This document shows positions 37,940-47,708 of a stretch of 64,000 nt of DNA, one piece after another. The notes under the pieces are model-generated. The model saw nothing but the letters and a program-made list of their open reading frames with translations, made no database searches and had not been told where the DNA came from. Source of the DNA: a virus (Duplodnaviria; Caudoviricetes). The DNA is taken from the IMG/VR virus record IMGVR_UViG_3300027971_004105. One strand, given 5' to 3'. Numbering within the stretch: the stretch's first letter is position 1; every line of letters begins with the position of its first letter. The position numbers and the translations under genes were made by a program.

Positions 37940-38458
37940 ATGAAAATTAATGAAATAGTTTCAGAAGCACCTTTTGTCAAAGCATTAAAAAGTTTCCCTG
38001 CTCAAGCAACCAAAGCCATAAAAAATTTCCCCAATCAAATAAAGCAAGGCGCCAAAGACGTTAAACAAACAGTAAAAAACTTTCCAGGAAGTGTTCAAAA
38101 TTATTTGTCAAAAGACGACAATATGTCTAAAATAGCCACTGATATTTCCACCATAGGTGGTGGCCCAGGTCTTAAAGACTATGGAGCTGGTGACAAATCA
38201 TCAGATGCACAATTTCAGGATCTGTTAAATGTGCTACAGGATAAATCCTTGAGCAAAAAAATTGACAAGCAAAAAATTACCACAGCAATGACAAACATGT
38301 ATCAATCAGATAGACAACTTCCCACTGATAGACAGTATTTTATAAATGCAATCAAGCATTTATCCGCAACACACCCAGAGATCACGCCAGACAAAATATA
38401 CAGCGAGTATAAACCAATATTCAAAAGATATCAAATCAATCCTAACGAAATAAAATAA
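37940..38458 (+). CDS. Putative internal head protein
   Basis: MKINEIVSE leader; K(S/N)FP motif repeated three times. Confidence 0.6.
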   Translation: MKINEIVSEAPFVKALKSFPAQATKAIKNFPNQIKQGAKDVKQTVKNFPGSVQNYLSKDDNMSKIATDISTIGGGPGLKDYGAGDKSSDAQFQDLLNVLQDKSLSKKIDKQKITTAMTNMYQSDRQLPTDRQYFINAIKHLSATHPEITPDKIYSEYKPIFKRYQINPNEIK

Positions 38459-38478
38459 TTGATTGATAACTATTGTGT

Positions 38479-39129
38479 ATGAATTTCGTAGTGAACACGC
38501 CATACATTCAAGCCTACATCAAAAAAGAATATCTGTATGACTTTCAAAAAGGTCATGGAGAATTTGTGCCTTGCAATTGGGTCACATTAAAGTCTATTCC
38601 TCGCAGAGCATTCTACATAGAAGCATATCTACCAGAATATGGTGCACTGTATGACAAATTGCCTTTGAGTGCATTTGTTTGGCGCACAGATATCAAACCA
38701 GAAGAACAGTTGCCTTTGGATTACTTGCAACTGTGGGATGGCTTCAGCTATCATATCACCATCATTGAGAAACAATATCTACAGTACAGCCGAGTGGATG
38801 TGATTCTCAAAGATGGCAAAAAGATGTCAGGGGTATATCTGTTCACAGTGGACAGTGCTCATTCAGATCCCAACACTCCCAATGTGACTGAATCAGAAGT
38901 GCCATCTGAACACAAAGGACACAACATAGGCCAATTGGACAATGGTCAATTTTTTGCTCAGCCCAACAATAGAATGATCTGGCATGAATCCAGTGCCAAT
39001 CCAGGCAAGTTAAAAACACCCGATTTCAAAGTGAGTACCAAATATTGGCACTGTGAACAGAATGCCAAATGGGTGTTTGGTGATTCTGATGAATATTTTT
39101 ACAAAGAATCCAAAAAAGAAGACAAATAA
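38479..39129 (+). CDS. Hypothetical protein
   Basis: ATG 38479 preferred; no recognised motif. Confidence 0.6.
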   Translation: MNFVVNTPYIQAYIKKEYLYDFQKGHGEFVPCNWVTLKSIPRRAFYIEAYLPEYGALYDKLPLSAFVWRTDIKPEEQLPLDYLQLWDGFSYHITIIEKQYLQYSRVDVILKDGKKMSGVYLFTVDSAHSDPNTPNVTESEVPSEHKGHNIGQLDNGQFFAQPNNRMIWHESSANPGKLKTPDFKVSTKYWHCEQNAKWVFGDSDEYFYKESKKEDK

Positions 39130-39132
39130 ACC

Positions 39133-39161
39133 TTGACAATTGCGTGATAATCGATTACAAT
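39133..39161 (+). promoter_or_regulatory. sigma70-like promoter
   Basis: TTGACA-17-TACAAT. Confidence 0.7.
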
Positions 39162-39190
39162 ACAACAATCTAAATCAAAGGAGAAATAAA

Positions 39191-39448
39191 ATGGCAAGAA
39201 CATATGGCCCAGAAGAACAAGCCAAACTGAAAAAAATAGTGGATGAAGGTGTTAATGTGCTTTCAGAAATTGAAGATTTAAGCACAGGTTTGAAAGACAC
39301 TATCAAAGCAGTGGCAGAAGAATTAGAAATTAAACCAGCCATCATCAACAGAGCAATCAAAATTGCTCAAAAAGGTGATTGGAACAAAGTTGCTGAAGAG
39401 TTTGACAATTTAGAAAACTTGGTGATAGCAGTAGGCAAAGACAAGTAA
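39191..39448 (+). CDS. dsDNA-binding protein (T4 DsbA/GapR-like)
   Basis: Start MARTYG after SD; LKDTIKAVAEELEIKPAIINRAIKIAQK helical pattern. Confidence 0.6.
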   Translation: MARTYGPEEQAKLKKIVDEGVNVLSEIEDLSTGLKDTIKAVAEELEIKPAIINRAIKIAQKGDWNKVAEEFDNLENLVIAVGKDK

Positions 39449-39457
39449 TCTATTAAG

Positions 39458-39682
39458 ATGATTAGATGGGTCGCAGCAGGGTTTGGTATCACAGCAGCCA
39501 CCATTCATGCCACGGCCATCATCTCCCTACAATGGTTGGGTTGGCTGATCTGCCTAGCATCCATATCCTTATGGTATTATATTGCCATACTGGACAAAGA
39601 CAGAGCTAGACAAACTCAACAGATATATTTTCTTATCATTGCTGTGATAGCAGTGTACAATTGGTCAAAACACATTTGGTAA
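39458..39682 (+). CDS. Small membrane protein
   Basis: Three hydrophobic segments. Confidence 0.6.
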   Translation: MIRWVAAGFGITAATIHATAIISLQWLGWLICLASISLWYYIAILDKDRARQTQQIYFLIIAVIAVYNWSKHIW

Positions 39683-39686
39683 TCCT

Positions 39687-39980
39687 ATGAAGTACATCAT
39701 TGACATTGACAACACAATTTGCTATAATAAAGACAGCGATTATGTCAACAGTACACCTGACATCACACGCATAGCCCGAGTTAATCAGTTGTATGATGAT
39801 GGACACGAGATTCATTATTACACAGCAAGAGGTGGCAACTCCGGCAAAGACTGGAGTGAGTTAACTCGTCAACAGTTGACTGAATGGGGGTGCAAATTCC
39901 ATTCAGTAAATTTGGGCAAACCAGTGTATGATGTTTGGGTGGATGACAGAGCAGTAAACGCAAAGGATTTTTTTAAATGA
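39687..39980 (+). CDS. Minimal HAD phosphatase (capsule-biosynthesis-phosphatase-like)
   Basis: IIDIDNTI, YYTARG, GKP.YDVWVDD. Confidence 0.75.
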   Translation: MKYIIDIDNTICYNKDSDYVNSTPDITRIARVNQLYDDGHEIHYYTARGGNSGKDWSELTRQQLTEWGCKFHSVNLGKPVYDVWVDDRAVNAKDFFK

Positions 39981-41035
39981 GAATAGATTATAACATATAT
40001 TTGGATTACGCAGACGTACTATTAAAACCCAAAAGATCCACACTGAGTTCAAGACGTGATGTGGACATGACTAGAGATTTCACATTTCGTAACAGCAAAC
40101 AGCAGATCTCATTTGTGCCTGTGGTTGCCAGCAACATGGATGGTGTGGGCACATTCAGTATGGCCAGAGTATTACAAGAATATAAACTTTTAACTGTGTT
40201 AAGAAAACATTACACCATTGCGGATTGGGACAGAGCAATAGGCACAGGATTAAAATTACAATATGTGAGTGCGTGTACAGGCACAGGAGCCATGTGGGAC
40301 AACAATTCACCAGACTATCAAACTTTAAAAAAAGTTATGGAGAAATATCCAGATGTGAGCATGATTACCATAGATGTGGCCAATGCTTATCATGAACAGT
40401 TTGTGGACTTTGTTAAGAGAATAAGATCTGAATTTCCCGACAAGACCATCATAGCAGGCAATGTGGTATCACCAGAGATGGTGGAAGAATTAATCATCAA
40501 TGGAGCAGACGTGGTCAAAGTGGGCATAGGTCCAGGATCAGTGTGTACCACTCGTACACAAACAGGAGTGGGAGTGCCACAGTTTTCTGCCATCATAGAA
40601 TGTGCTGATGCTGCCAACGGAGTGGGTGGACACATCATTGCTGATGGTGGTTGCACACAGCCAGGAGACATAGCCAAAGCATTGGCTGCAGGTGCTCACA
40701 TGGTGATGTTGGGTGGCATGCTGGCAGCACATGATGAATCAGAATTAGAATTGAAAGATGGCAAAAGAGTATTCTACGGCATGAGTTCCGAATCAGCATT
40801 TGAAAAACACGGCGCAAGAAAAGATGGCTACAGAGGCACTGAAGGCAAAACAGTAAAATTAGACAACAAAGGTCCTGTGAAAGACACTGTGGAACAGATA
40901 TTGGGCGGAGTCAGAAGCACTTGCACTTATATAGGAGCAAGAAGAATCAAAGACATGCCCAAGTGTGCTCACTTCGTGAGAGTGAACAATGTGATCAACA
41001 GAGTTTTTGACAGATATGAAACAAATAAAAATTGA
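39977..41035 (+). CDS. guaC: GMP reductase
   Basis: LDYADVLLKPKRS, ASNMD, IDVANAY, KVGIGPGSVCTTR, ADGG, FYGMSS, ILGGVRSTCTYIGA. Confidence 0.93.
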   Translation: MRIDYNIYLDYADVLLKPKRSTLSSRRDVDMTRDFTFRNSKQQISFVPVVASNMDGVGTFSMARVLQEYKLLTVLRKHYTIADWDRAIGTGLKLQYVSACTGTGAMWDNNSPDYQTLKKVMEKYPDVSMITIDVANAYHEQFVDFVKRIRSEFPDKTIIAGNVVSPEMVEELIINGADVVKVGIGPGSVCTTRTQTGVGVPQFSAIIECADAANGVGGHIIADGGCTQPGDIAKALAAGAHMVMLGGMLAAHDESELELKDGKRVFYGMSSESAFEKHGARKDGYRGTEGKTVKLDNKGPVKDTVEQILGGVRSTCTYIGARRIKDMPKCAHFVRVNNVINRVFDRYETNKN

Positions 41036-41255
41036 TCTAATTCTCAAATGGATAGCCACAGCCATATTGATTGTGGGCACATTTGTTAATGCTGGATTTC
41101 CAGAACTATATCCCGTGGGACCAATACTGTTGGCCTTGGGTGGAGTATTTTGGTTGGTAGTTTCATTGATTTGGCGAGAACCTGCACTGATTGTGACCAA
41201 CATTGTGTTGACATGTGTGGGCTTTGGTGGTATAATACTATATTACATTAGATAA
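41007..41255 (+). CDS. Small membrane protein
   Basis: Three hydrophobic helices. Confidence 0.6.
   Translation: MTDMKQIKIDLILKWIATAILIVGTFVNAGFPELYPVGPILLALGGVFWLVVSLIWREPALIVTNIVLTCVGFGGIILYYIR
41208..41236 (+). promoter_or_regulatory. Consensus sigma70 promoter for the DNA polymerase
   Basis: TTGACA 41208-13, 17 nt, TATAAT 41231-36 with extended -10 TG. Confidence 0.82.
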
Positions 41256-41307
41256 GGCATAATCGGCCATAAGCGATTATTTGGTATGTGTCAGCCTTAA
41301 ATGACAC
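41253..41307 (+). ncRNA. Pseudoknotted 5' UTR element of the DNA polymerase gene
   Basis: UAAGGC 41253-58/GCCUUA 41294-99; AUAAUCG 41259-65/CGAUUAU 41274-80; GUGUCA 41288-93/UGACAC 41302-07. Confidence 0.65.
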
Positions 41308-41319
41308 GGATTGGAACAT

Positions 41320-43992
41320 ATGAGTTACATAGACGCATTCTTCGATAGAAATCAAGATTTTATTCGTGTGGTAGAACGCAAAGAAGGCAAAAGAATCTAC
41401 AAAGAATATCCCATTAGATACACATTCTTTTATGAAGATGCCAATGGCAAATTCAAAAGCATATATGGCAATTCTCTCAGCAGAATTGTCAGCAAGAGCA
41501 CCAAAGACTTTCATAAAGAATTAGCCATCAATAGAAACAAAAAATTATTTGAATCCGATATCAATCCCATATTTCAATGTCTCAGTGCCAACTACCTCAA
41601 TCACGATGCTCCCAAACTGAATGTGGCATTTTTTGATATAGAAGCAGACTTTGATCCTGAAAAAGGATTCGCTGATCCCTCAGATCCGTTCATGCCAGTC
41701 ACAGCTATCACTGTGTATCTGCAATGGATAGACAGCATGGTGACTTTTGCACTGATTCCTAAAACCTTAACACTTCAACAAGCCAAGGATCAGACCAAAG
41801 ACACAAAGAATTTATATCTGTATGAGCGTGAAGCAGACATGTTGCAGGCATTTTTAGACATAATAGAAGATGTGGATGTGTTGAGCGGTTGGAACTCAGA
41901 AGGTTATGACATGCCTTATCTAGTGAATAGAGTCAGCAAAGTATTGAGTAAAGATGACACTAGACGTTTTTGTTTATGGTCACAGATGCCTAAAAAAAGA
42001 ACATTTGAAAAGTATGGCAGAGAACAAGAAACTTATGATTTAATAGGCAGAGTACACATAGACAGTTTGGAACTGTATAGAAAATATACCTATGAAGAAC
42101 GCCACACATACAGACTGGATGCCATAGGAGAAATTGAATTGGGAGAAACAAAAACTGTGTATGAAGGCACGTTGGATCAACTGTACAACAATGACTTTAA
42201 AACTTTTATAGAATACAACAGACAAGACGTGCAACTGTTGAACAACTTGGATAAAAAACTTAAATTTTTAGATCTCAGCAATGAACTAGCTCATGCCAAC
42301 ACAGTGCTGATGCAGACCACTATGGGTGCTGTGGCAGTGACCGAACAAGCCATCATCAATGAAGCACACAAAAGAGGATTGCAGGTTCCCAATAGACCAC
42401 ACAGATCCGATGAAGAAAACACCACAGCAGCAGGTGCCTATGTGGCATTTCCCAAAAAAGGACTGCATGATTGGATAGGATCCATGGACTTGAATTCACT
42501 GTATCCAAGTGTGATCAGAGCTCTAAACATGGCTCCTGAATGTGTGGTGGGGCAATTGCGTAACACCTACACAGAATCATTTCTACAGGATCAAATAAAT
42601 CTACAAGGCAAATCATTTGCGGCAGCATGGGAGAATAAGTTTGGCAGTTTGGAGTATGAATATGTGATGACTCAAAGACGAGACATGCCTATCACAATAG
42701 ATTGGGAGAATGGTACCACAGAAGAAAAAAGTGGCGCAGAGATTTACAAGATGATATTTGACAGCCACAAGCCCATCATGATCAGTGCCAATGGCACCAT
42801 GTTTACCACAGAGTTTGAAGGTGTGATTCCTGGATTATTAAAAACATGGTATCAAGAAAGAACTGAGATGCAGGCCATGAAAAAGAAAGCACAAAGTGCC
42901 AGCAATCAAGCAGAGATAGAATTTTGGGACAAAAGACAATTGGTTAAAAAAATTAATTTGAACTCACTGTATGGTGCCATACTTAATCCAGGCTGTAGAT
43001 TCTTTGACAAACGCATAGGACAATCAACCACACTCACAGGTAGAACCATCAGCAAACACATGGCAGCAAAAATAAATGAAGTGATCACAGGCACATACGA
43101 TCATTTGGGAGATGCTGTGATATATGGTGATACAGACTCTGCTTATTTCAGTGCTTATAAAGTTTTAAAGAAAGACATTGATGCTGGATTGATTCCATGG
43201 ACCAAAGAGAGTGTGATCAAACTGTATGATCAAGTGGCTGAAGAAGTCAACAACAGTTTTAAAGCATTCATGGGTGAAGCATTTCATTGTCCCAAAACAA
43301 GAGCAGAAGTGATTCAAGCAGGACGTGAATCCATCAGTGAAACAGGATTGTTTATCACTAAAAAAAGATATGCTGTGTTGATATATGAATTGGAAGGCGA
43401 TCGTATGGATGTGAATGGTAAACCAGGCAAGGTAAAAGCCATGGGATTGGATCTTAAACGTTCAGACACTCCGGTGTTTGTGCAGGATTTTTTAAGTGAA
43501 ATATTACTGATGGTGCTGACCAAATCAGACGAAAAAGCAGTATTGGAAAGAATCAGCACATTTAGAAATGAATTTAAATTGCGTCCAGGTTGGGAAAAAG
43601 GTTCTCCCAAACGTGCCAACAATGTGGCAGATTATCAAAGAAAAGAAAAAGCACAAGGCAAAGCCAACATGCCAGGACACGTGCGAGCTTCAATCAATTG
43701 GAACACATTAAAACGTATGAACAATGATCGTTACAGTTTGGAAATTGTGGATGGCATGAAAGTGATTGTGTGTAAACTCAGAAACAATCCTTTGGAGTAC
43801 ACCAGTGTGGCCTATCCCACAGATCAATTGAGAATACCTCAATGGTTTAAAGAATTACCTTTTGATCACTCAGCCATGGAAACCACAGTGATCGATAGTA
43901 AATTGGGCAACCTGTTGGGAGTGCTGGATTGGGATATTCAAAGCACAGAAACAGGCAACACATTCAACACATTATTTGACTTTGGAGATTAA
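41320..43992 (+). CDS. gp43: Family B DNA polymerase (T4 gp43-like)
   Basis: FFDIEAD (ExoI), GWNSEGYD, DLNSLYP, KINLNSLYG, YGDTDS, KKRYA; start MSYID at 41320. Confidence 0.95.
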   Translation: MSYIDAFFDRNQDFIRVVERKEGKRIYKEYPIRYTFFYEDANGKFKSIYGNSLSRIVSKSTKDFHKELAINRNKKLFESDINPIFQCLSANYLNHDAPKLNVAFFDIEADFDPEKGFADPSDPFMPVTAITVYLQWIDSMVTFALIPKTLTLQQAKDQTKDTKNLYLYEREADMLQAFLDIIEDVDVLSGWNSEGYDMPYLVNRVSKVLSKDDTRRFCLWSQMPKKRTFEKYGREQETYDLIGRVHIDSLELYRKYTYEERHTYRLDAIGEIELGETKTVYEGTLDQLYNNDFKTFIEYNRQDVQLLNNLDKKLKFLDLSNELAHANTVLMQTTMGAVAVTEQAIINEAHKRGLQVPNRPHRSDEENTTAAGAYVAFPKKGLHDWIGSMDLNSLYPSVIRALNMAPECVVGQLRNTYTESFLQDQINLQGKSFAAAWENKFGSLEYEYVMTQRRDMPITIDWENGTTEEKSGAEIYKMIFDSHKPIMISANGTMFTTEFEGVIPGLLKTWYQERTEMQAMKKKAQSASNQAEIEFWDKRQLVKKINLNSLYGAILNPGCRFFDKRIGQSTTLTGRTISKHMAAKINEVITGTYDHLGDAVIYGDTDSAYFSAYKVLKKDIDAGLIPWTKESVIKLYDQVAEEVNNSFKAFMGEAFHCPKTRAEVIQAGRESISETGLFITKKRYAVLIYELEGDRMDVNGKPGKVKAMGLDLKRSDTPVFVQDFLSEILLMVLTKSDEKAVLERISTFRNEFKLRPGWEKGSPKRANNVADYQRKEKAQGKANMPGHVRASINWNTLKRMNNDRYSLEIVDGMKVIVCKLRNNPLEYTSVAYPTDQLRIPQWFKELPFDHSAMETTVIDSKLGNLLGVLDWDIQSTETGNTFNTLFDFGD

Positions 43993-44532
43993 ATGGCAAG
44001 ATACGGCATGGTAGATTTGGAAACATTAGGCACAAGACCAGATGCTGCCATATTGACTGTGGGTGCTATCAAGTTTGATCCACATTCAGACTCAGAACCC
44101 TACGAAGGTAGATATTGGAGATTAAATGTAGATGAACAAACAGCATTGGGTAGAACAGTGGACGAAGGTACCATTGAATGGTGGGGCCGACAGGCACCTG
44201 AGATACGTGATGAGGCATTGGGAGACACAGATCGTGTGATCATAGCAGACTTTGCCAAAGAATTCAACAAATGGTGTGTGGGATTGGATCAGCTGTGGTG
44301 TCAAGGTCCATTGTTTGATTATGCCATCATACAAAATTTATATGACCAAGCTCGCACTCCTGTGCCTTTCAACTATTGGCAAATCAGAGACAGTCGCACA
44401 CTGTTTGATTTGATGCCACAGGATCCTAGAAAGAGCATACAGAGCAGTCTACACAACGCATTGGCTGATTGTTACTATCAAGCCAAATGTGTGCAACAAG
44501 TTTTTAAACATTTAGGAGTAAAGAAAAAATGA
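43993..44532 (+). CDS. DEDDh 3'-5' exonuclease (DexA-like)
   Basis: MVDLETLG, WCQG..FD, RDSRT, HNALADC. Confidence 0.85.
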   Translation: MARYGMVDLETLGTRPDAAILTVGAIKFDPHSDSEPYEGRYWRLNVDEQTALGRTVDEGTIEWWGRQAPEIRDEALGDTDRVIIADFAKEFNKWCVGLDQLWCQGPLFDYAIIQNLYDQARTPVPFNYWQIRDSRTLFDLMPQDPRKSIQSSLHNALADCYYQAKCVQQVFKHLGVKKK

Positions 44533-45260
44533 AAATATTATTGACAGGACATCTAGGGTTTATAGGCAGTGCTTTGTACAATGAACTGATCAAAGAACAC
44601 ACAGTGATAGGCATAGACATCAAAGATGGCAAAGATTTATTAACTTGTGATTTGAATTACACAGTGGATCTTGTGATACATTTGGCAGGATTGGCACAAG
44701 TAAGAGAGAGTTTAAAAAATCCTACCAAGTATTGGGACATAAATGTGATAGCATCTAAAAGATTATTTGATGCATTTCCTCATACAAAAATAATATATGC
44801 CAGTTCTAGTTCAGCATACGAACCAGAAAAAAATCCTTATGCTTTTAGTAAATTTGCCATGGATAAGATTGCTCCAGCACACAGTTTAGGTTTAAGATTT
44901 ACCACTGTATGGTGTGAAGGCGGTAGAGATGGTATGTTTATGACCAAACTATTTGAGAATGACATCAGTTATATCACTGAGCATACTAGAGATTTTGTAC
45001 ATGTGTCTGACATAATATCTGCAATCAAATTATTAATGAACACTTCAATAACAGGAGTGATAGATGTGGGTACCGGAATCAGCAACAATTTGAAAACTTT
45101 GGTAGATTTGGCTGGCATTAAAAATTATAAGTTTGAATCTGGCAATGTATATGAAAGAATGGACAACTGTGCCAATATCAAAGAATTAAGAGATTTAGGT
45201 TGGGAACCAAAAGTTAATGTGATTGATTACATAAAAAACAAATATCACTTGACTTCTTAG
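44529..45260 (+). CDS. NAD-dependent epimerase/dehydratase (SDR)
   Basis: TGHLGFIG, HLAG, ASSSS, YAFSK (YxxxK), RDFVHVSD. Confidence 0.85.
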   Translation: MKILLTGHLGFIGSALYNELIKEHTVIGIDIKDGKDLLTCDLNYTVDLVIHLAGLAQVRESLKNPTKYWDINVIASKRLFDAFPHTKIIYASSSSAYEPEKNPYAFSKFAMDKIAPAHSLGLRFTTVWCEGGRDGMFMTKLFENDISYITEHTRDFVHVSDIISAIKLLMNTSITGVIDVGTGISNNLKTLVDLAGIKNYKFESGNVYERMDNCANIKELRDLGWEPKVNVIDYIKNKYHLTS

Positions 45261-45277
45261 CCAGGCCTAAATATAAT
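45249..45277 (+). promoter_or_regulatory. sigma70-like promoter for the sliding clamp operon
   Basis: TTGACT-17-TATAAT. Confidence 0.75.
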
Positions 45278-45301
45278 GCATATAACACAACGGAGAACAA
45301 A

Positions 45302-46030
45302 ATGAAAGACATCTTACAAGACGTGGTAGCACACACTCATCAACTGGGGTTTTTGAGTCTAGTGAAAGTTACCAATGAAGAACAAACTAAAATTGAAAGC
45401 ATGGCTGAAGACAGATCAGTTATTCTTTCAGCAACAACCAACAAAAAAGTATCTGAATTTACAGGTACATTTGGTATGCCTAACTTGGACAAACTATCAT
45501 TACACTTGAAATGTCCTGAGTATCAAAAAGACGCCAAATTAAATGTGGTCAAAGCCACACGCAATGGAGTGGAAATTCCCACACACATTCACTTTGAAAA
45601 TGCATCGGGTGATTTCCAAAATGATTACAGATTTATGAACACTGAGATTATCAATGAAAAATTGAAATCAATCAAATTCAAAGGTACATCTTGGAACATT
45701 GAATTTGAACCAGCTCTTGCTAGTATTCAAAGATTAAAACTGCAAGCGGCAGCACACACAGAAGAAACTGTTTTCACAGTTAAAACTGAAAATAAAAATT
45801 TAATGTTTTACTTTGGTGATGCAAACTCTCATGCAGGAAGTTTTACTTTTCAAGCCAATGTGGTAGGTGAATTAAAACAAGGTTGGAGTTGGCCTATTCA
45901 ACAAGTGATTAGTATATTAAATCTTGATGGCAAAATCAAAATGAAGATTAGTGATCAAGGTGCTATGCAAATTTCTGTGGATAGCGGTATTGCTGAATAC
46001 AATTACATATTGCCAGCACAGACCAAATAA
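45302..46030 (+). CDS. Putative sliding clamp (gp45/PCNA-like)
   Basis: 242 aa, near the polymerase; C-terminal GAMQISVDSGIAEYNYILPA strand pattern. Confidence 0.6.
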   Translation: MKDILQDVVAHTHQLGFLSLVKVTNEEQTKIESMAEDRSVILSATTNKKVSEFTGTFGMPNLDKLSLHLKCPEYQKDAKLNVVKATRNGVEIPTHIHFENASGDFQNDYRFMNTEIINEKLKSIKFKGTSWNIEFEPALASIQRLKLQAAAHTEETVFTVKTENKNLMFYFGDANSHAGSFTFQANVVGELKQGWSWPIQQVISILNLDGKIKMKISDQGAMQISVDSGIAEYNYILPAQTK

Positions 46031-46048
46031 ATTAAGGCAAGTAAAATT

Positions 46049-47512
46049 ATGCACACTGACTTAACAGCACAGCAAAAAGACTATTCAGTATTTCTGCCGG
46101 CGTTGAGCAGTTTCTATGCAAGAGATTTGGGCAAGGCCAGACATGAGAAGGATTATATCCTGCCTCACAGAATTCCGGCTGCTTTTAATCATGGCATAGA
46201 AGGCATGAATTATCTTGTGCCCACCAACACATATTTTCATTACAGATGGCATTTGTACAGTGCAGGTCATGCTGACTTGAACATGGACAAATTTAGTGCC
46301 AGAGATGACATCATAAGAAACCGAGATAGAAAAACCAGTTTTGTACTGGGTGATTCAGGAGGGTTTCAGATTGGTAAAGGAGTATGGGAAGGCAATTGGA
46401 AAGATCCCACTTGTCCTCGAGCCAAGAAGAAGCGAGAACAGGTGCTCACTTGGATGGATGCCAACATGGACTATGGTATGATATTGGATATTCCAGCATG
46501 GGTTTCACGTTCTCCAGAAGGTGCCAAAGCCAGCAATATCAACTCCTATCAGGAAGCAGTGGATGGCACAAGAATCAATAATGATTACTTCATGAAGACT
46601 AGAACAGGTGCTTGTAAGTTTTTAAATGTGCTGCAAGGTGAAAACTTTCAACAAGCAGATGATTGGTATCAGCAGATGAAAGATTACTGCGATCCTAAAA
46701 AATATCCCACAACTCACTTTAATGGTTGGGCAATGGGTGGTCAGAACATGTGTGATGTGCATCTTATATTGAAAAGATTAGTGGCATTAAGATTTGATGG
46801 TTTATTAGAAAAAGGCATTCATGATTGGATGCACTTTTTAGGCACATCCAAACTGGAATGGGCAGTACTATTGACAGACATCCAAAGAGCAGTAAGAAAA
46901 TATCACAATCCAAACTTTACTGTGTCATTTGATTGTGCTTCACCTTTCTTAGCATCAGCCAATGGACAAATTTACACAGAAGTGGATGTCAGAGACAAAC
47001 AAAAATGGTCATATAGAATGGCTGCCAGCATAGATGATAAAAAATATGCCGGTGACACCAGAGCATTTAGAGATGCTGTGTTACAAGAAAAGATATTTGA
47101 CAATTTTCAAGACAGTCCTATCAGTAAAAGATTACAGTTGAAAGATGTCACTTGTTATGCTCCAGGAGATAAAAACAAAGTGGGCGGTGATCCCAAAACA
47201 TCTTGGGATTCATTCAGTTATACCTTACAAATGGCACACAATGTTTGGACACACATCAATGCTGTGCAAGAAGCCAACAGACAGTATGATGCAGGATTAA
47301 CTCCACGCATGTTGGTGGAAGAAAAGTTTGATAAAGTGGCATTCAAAGACATAGTGGAAGCAATATTTGCCACAGACAACAGAGACACAGCAGAAGCAGT
47401 GATTGAGGAATACAGCAGATTTTGGATGAGTATCATAGGTACCAGAGGCGCCACAGGCAAAAAAACAGTGAATGCTTCAACACAGTTTTCTAACTTATTT
47501 GAGGAGGTATAA
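46049..47512 (+). CDS. dpdA: TGT-superfamily transglycosylase, probably DNA-acting (DpdA-like)
   Basis: GDSGGFQIG, MILDIP, LNVLQG, GWAMGG, HFLG, SFDCASP; no CxCxxC Zn motif seen; clustered with folE/queE. Confidence 0.68.
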   Translation: MHTDLTAQQKDYSVFLPALSSFYARDLGKARHEKDYILPHRIPAAFNHGIEGMNYLVPTNTYFHYRWHLYSAGHADLNMDKFSARDDIIRNRDRKTSFVLGDSGGFQIGKGVWEGNWKDPTCPRAKKKREQVLTWMDANMDYGMILDIPAWVSRSPEGAKASNINSYQEAVDGTRINNDYFMKTRTGACKFLNVLQGENFQQADDWYQQMKDYCDPKKYPTTHFNGWAMGGQNMCDVHLILKRLVALRFDGLLEKGIHDWMHFLGTSKLEWAVLLTDIQRAVRKYHNPNFTVSFDCASPFLASANGQIYTEVDVRDKQKWSYRMAASIDDKKYAGDTRAFRDAVLQEKIFDNFQDSPISKRLQLKDVTCYAPGDKNKVGGDPKTSWDSFSYTLQMAHNVWTHINAVQEANRQYDAGLTPRMLVEEKFDKVAFKDIVEAIFATDNRDTAEAVIEEYSRFWMSIIGTRGATGKKTVNASTQFSNLFEEV

Positions 47513-47513
47513 T

Positions 47514-47708
47514 ATGAGTAAGAAAAATAAAAGTTTAAAGAAATTAGAACATGAGTTTGATTACTATCATAGAAAAACTGAAGAAATGGAACAAGAGCGA
47601 GAACATGATAGAAGTTGGGAGAGTAAAGCATTATTAAAGAATTATAAGAAAATTAAACTGGCAATCAAAACACAGATAGAAGAATACAGAAAACAATTAA
47701 AAGCATGA
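47514..47708 (+). CDS. Small coiled-coil protein
   Basis: SD GAGGAGG then ATG 47514 (MSKKNK). Confidence 0.6.
   Translation: MSKKNKSLKKLEHEFDYYHRKTEEMEQEREHDRSWESKALLKNYKKIKLAIKTQIEEYRKQLKA

Noticed and set aside
41253-41307. Assignment of the polymerase leader to a known ribozyme class (twister, HDV, hammerhead)
   Set aside because: Topology and conserved catalytic nucleotides did not match from memory; kept as an unassigned structured RNA
41320-43992. Intein or intron in the DNA polymerase or other core genes
   Set aside because: Motif spacing is normal and no splicing or homing endonuclease motifs were seen
45302-46030. Horizontal acquisition inferred from T/A-ending codons in the clamp and MoxR genes
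   Set aside because: These look like core genes, so the bias may reflect expression level; codon shifts alone are weak evidence
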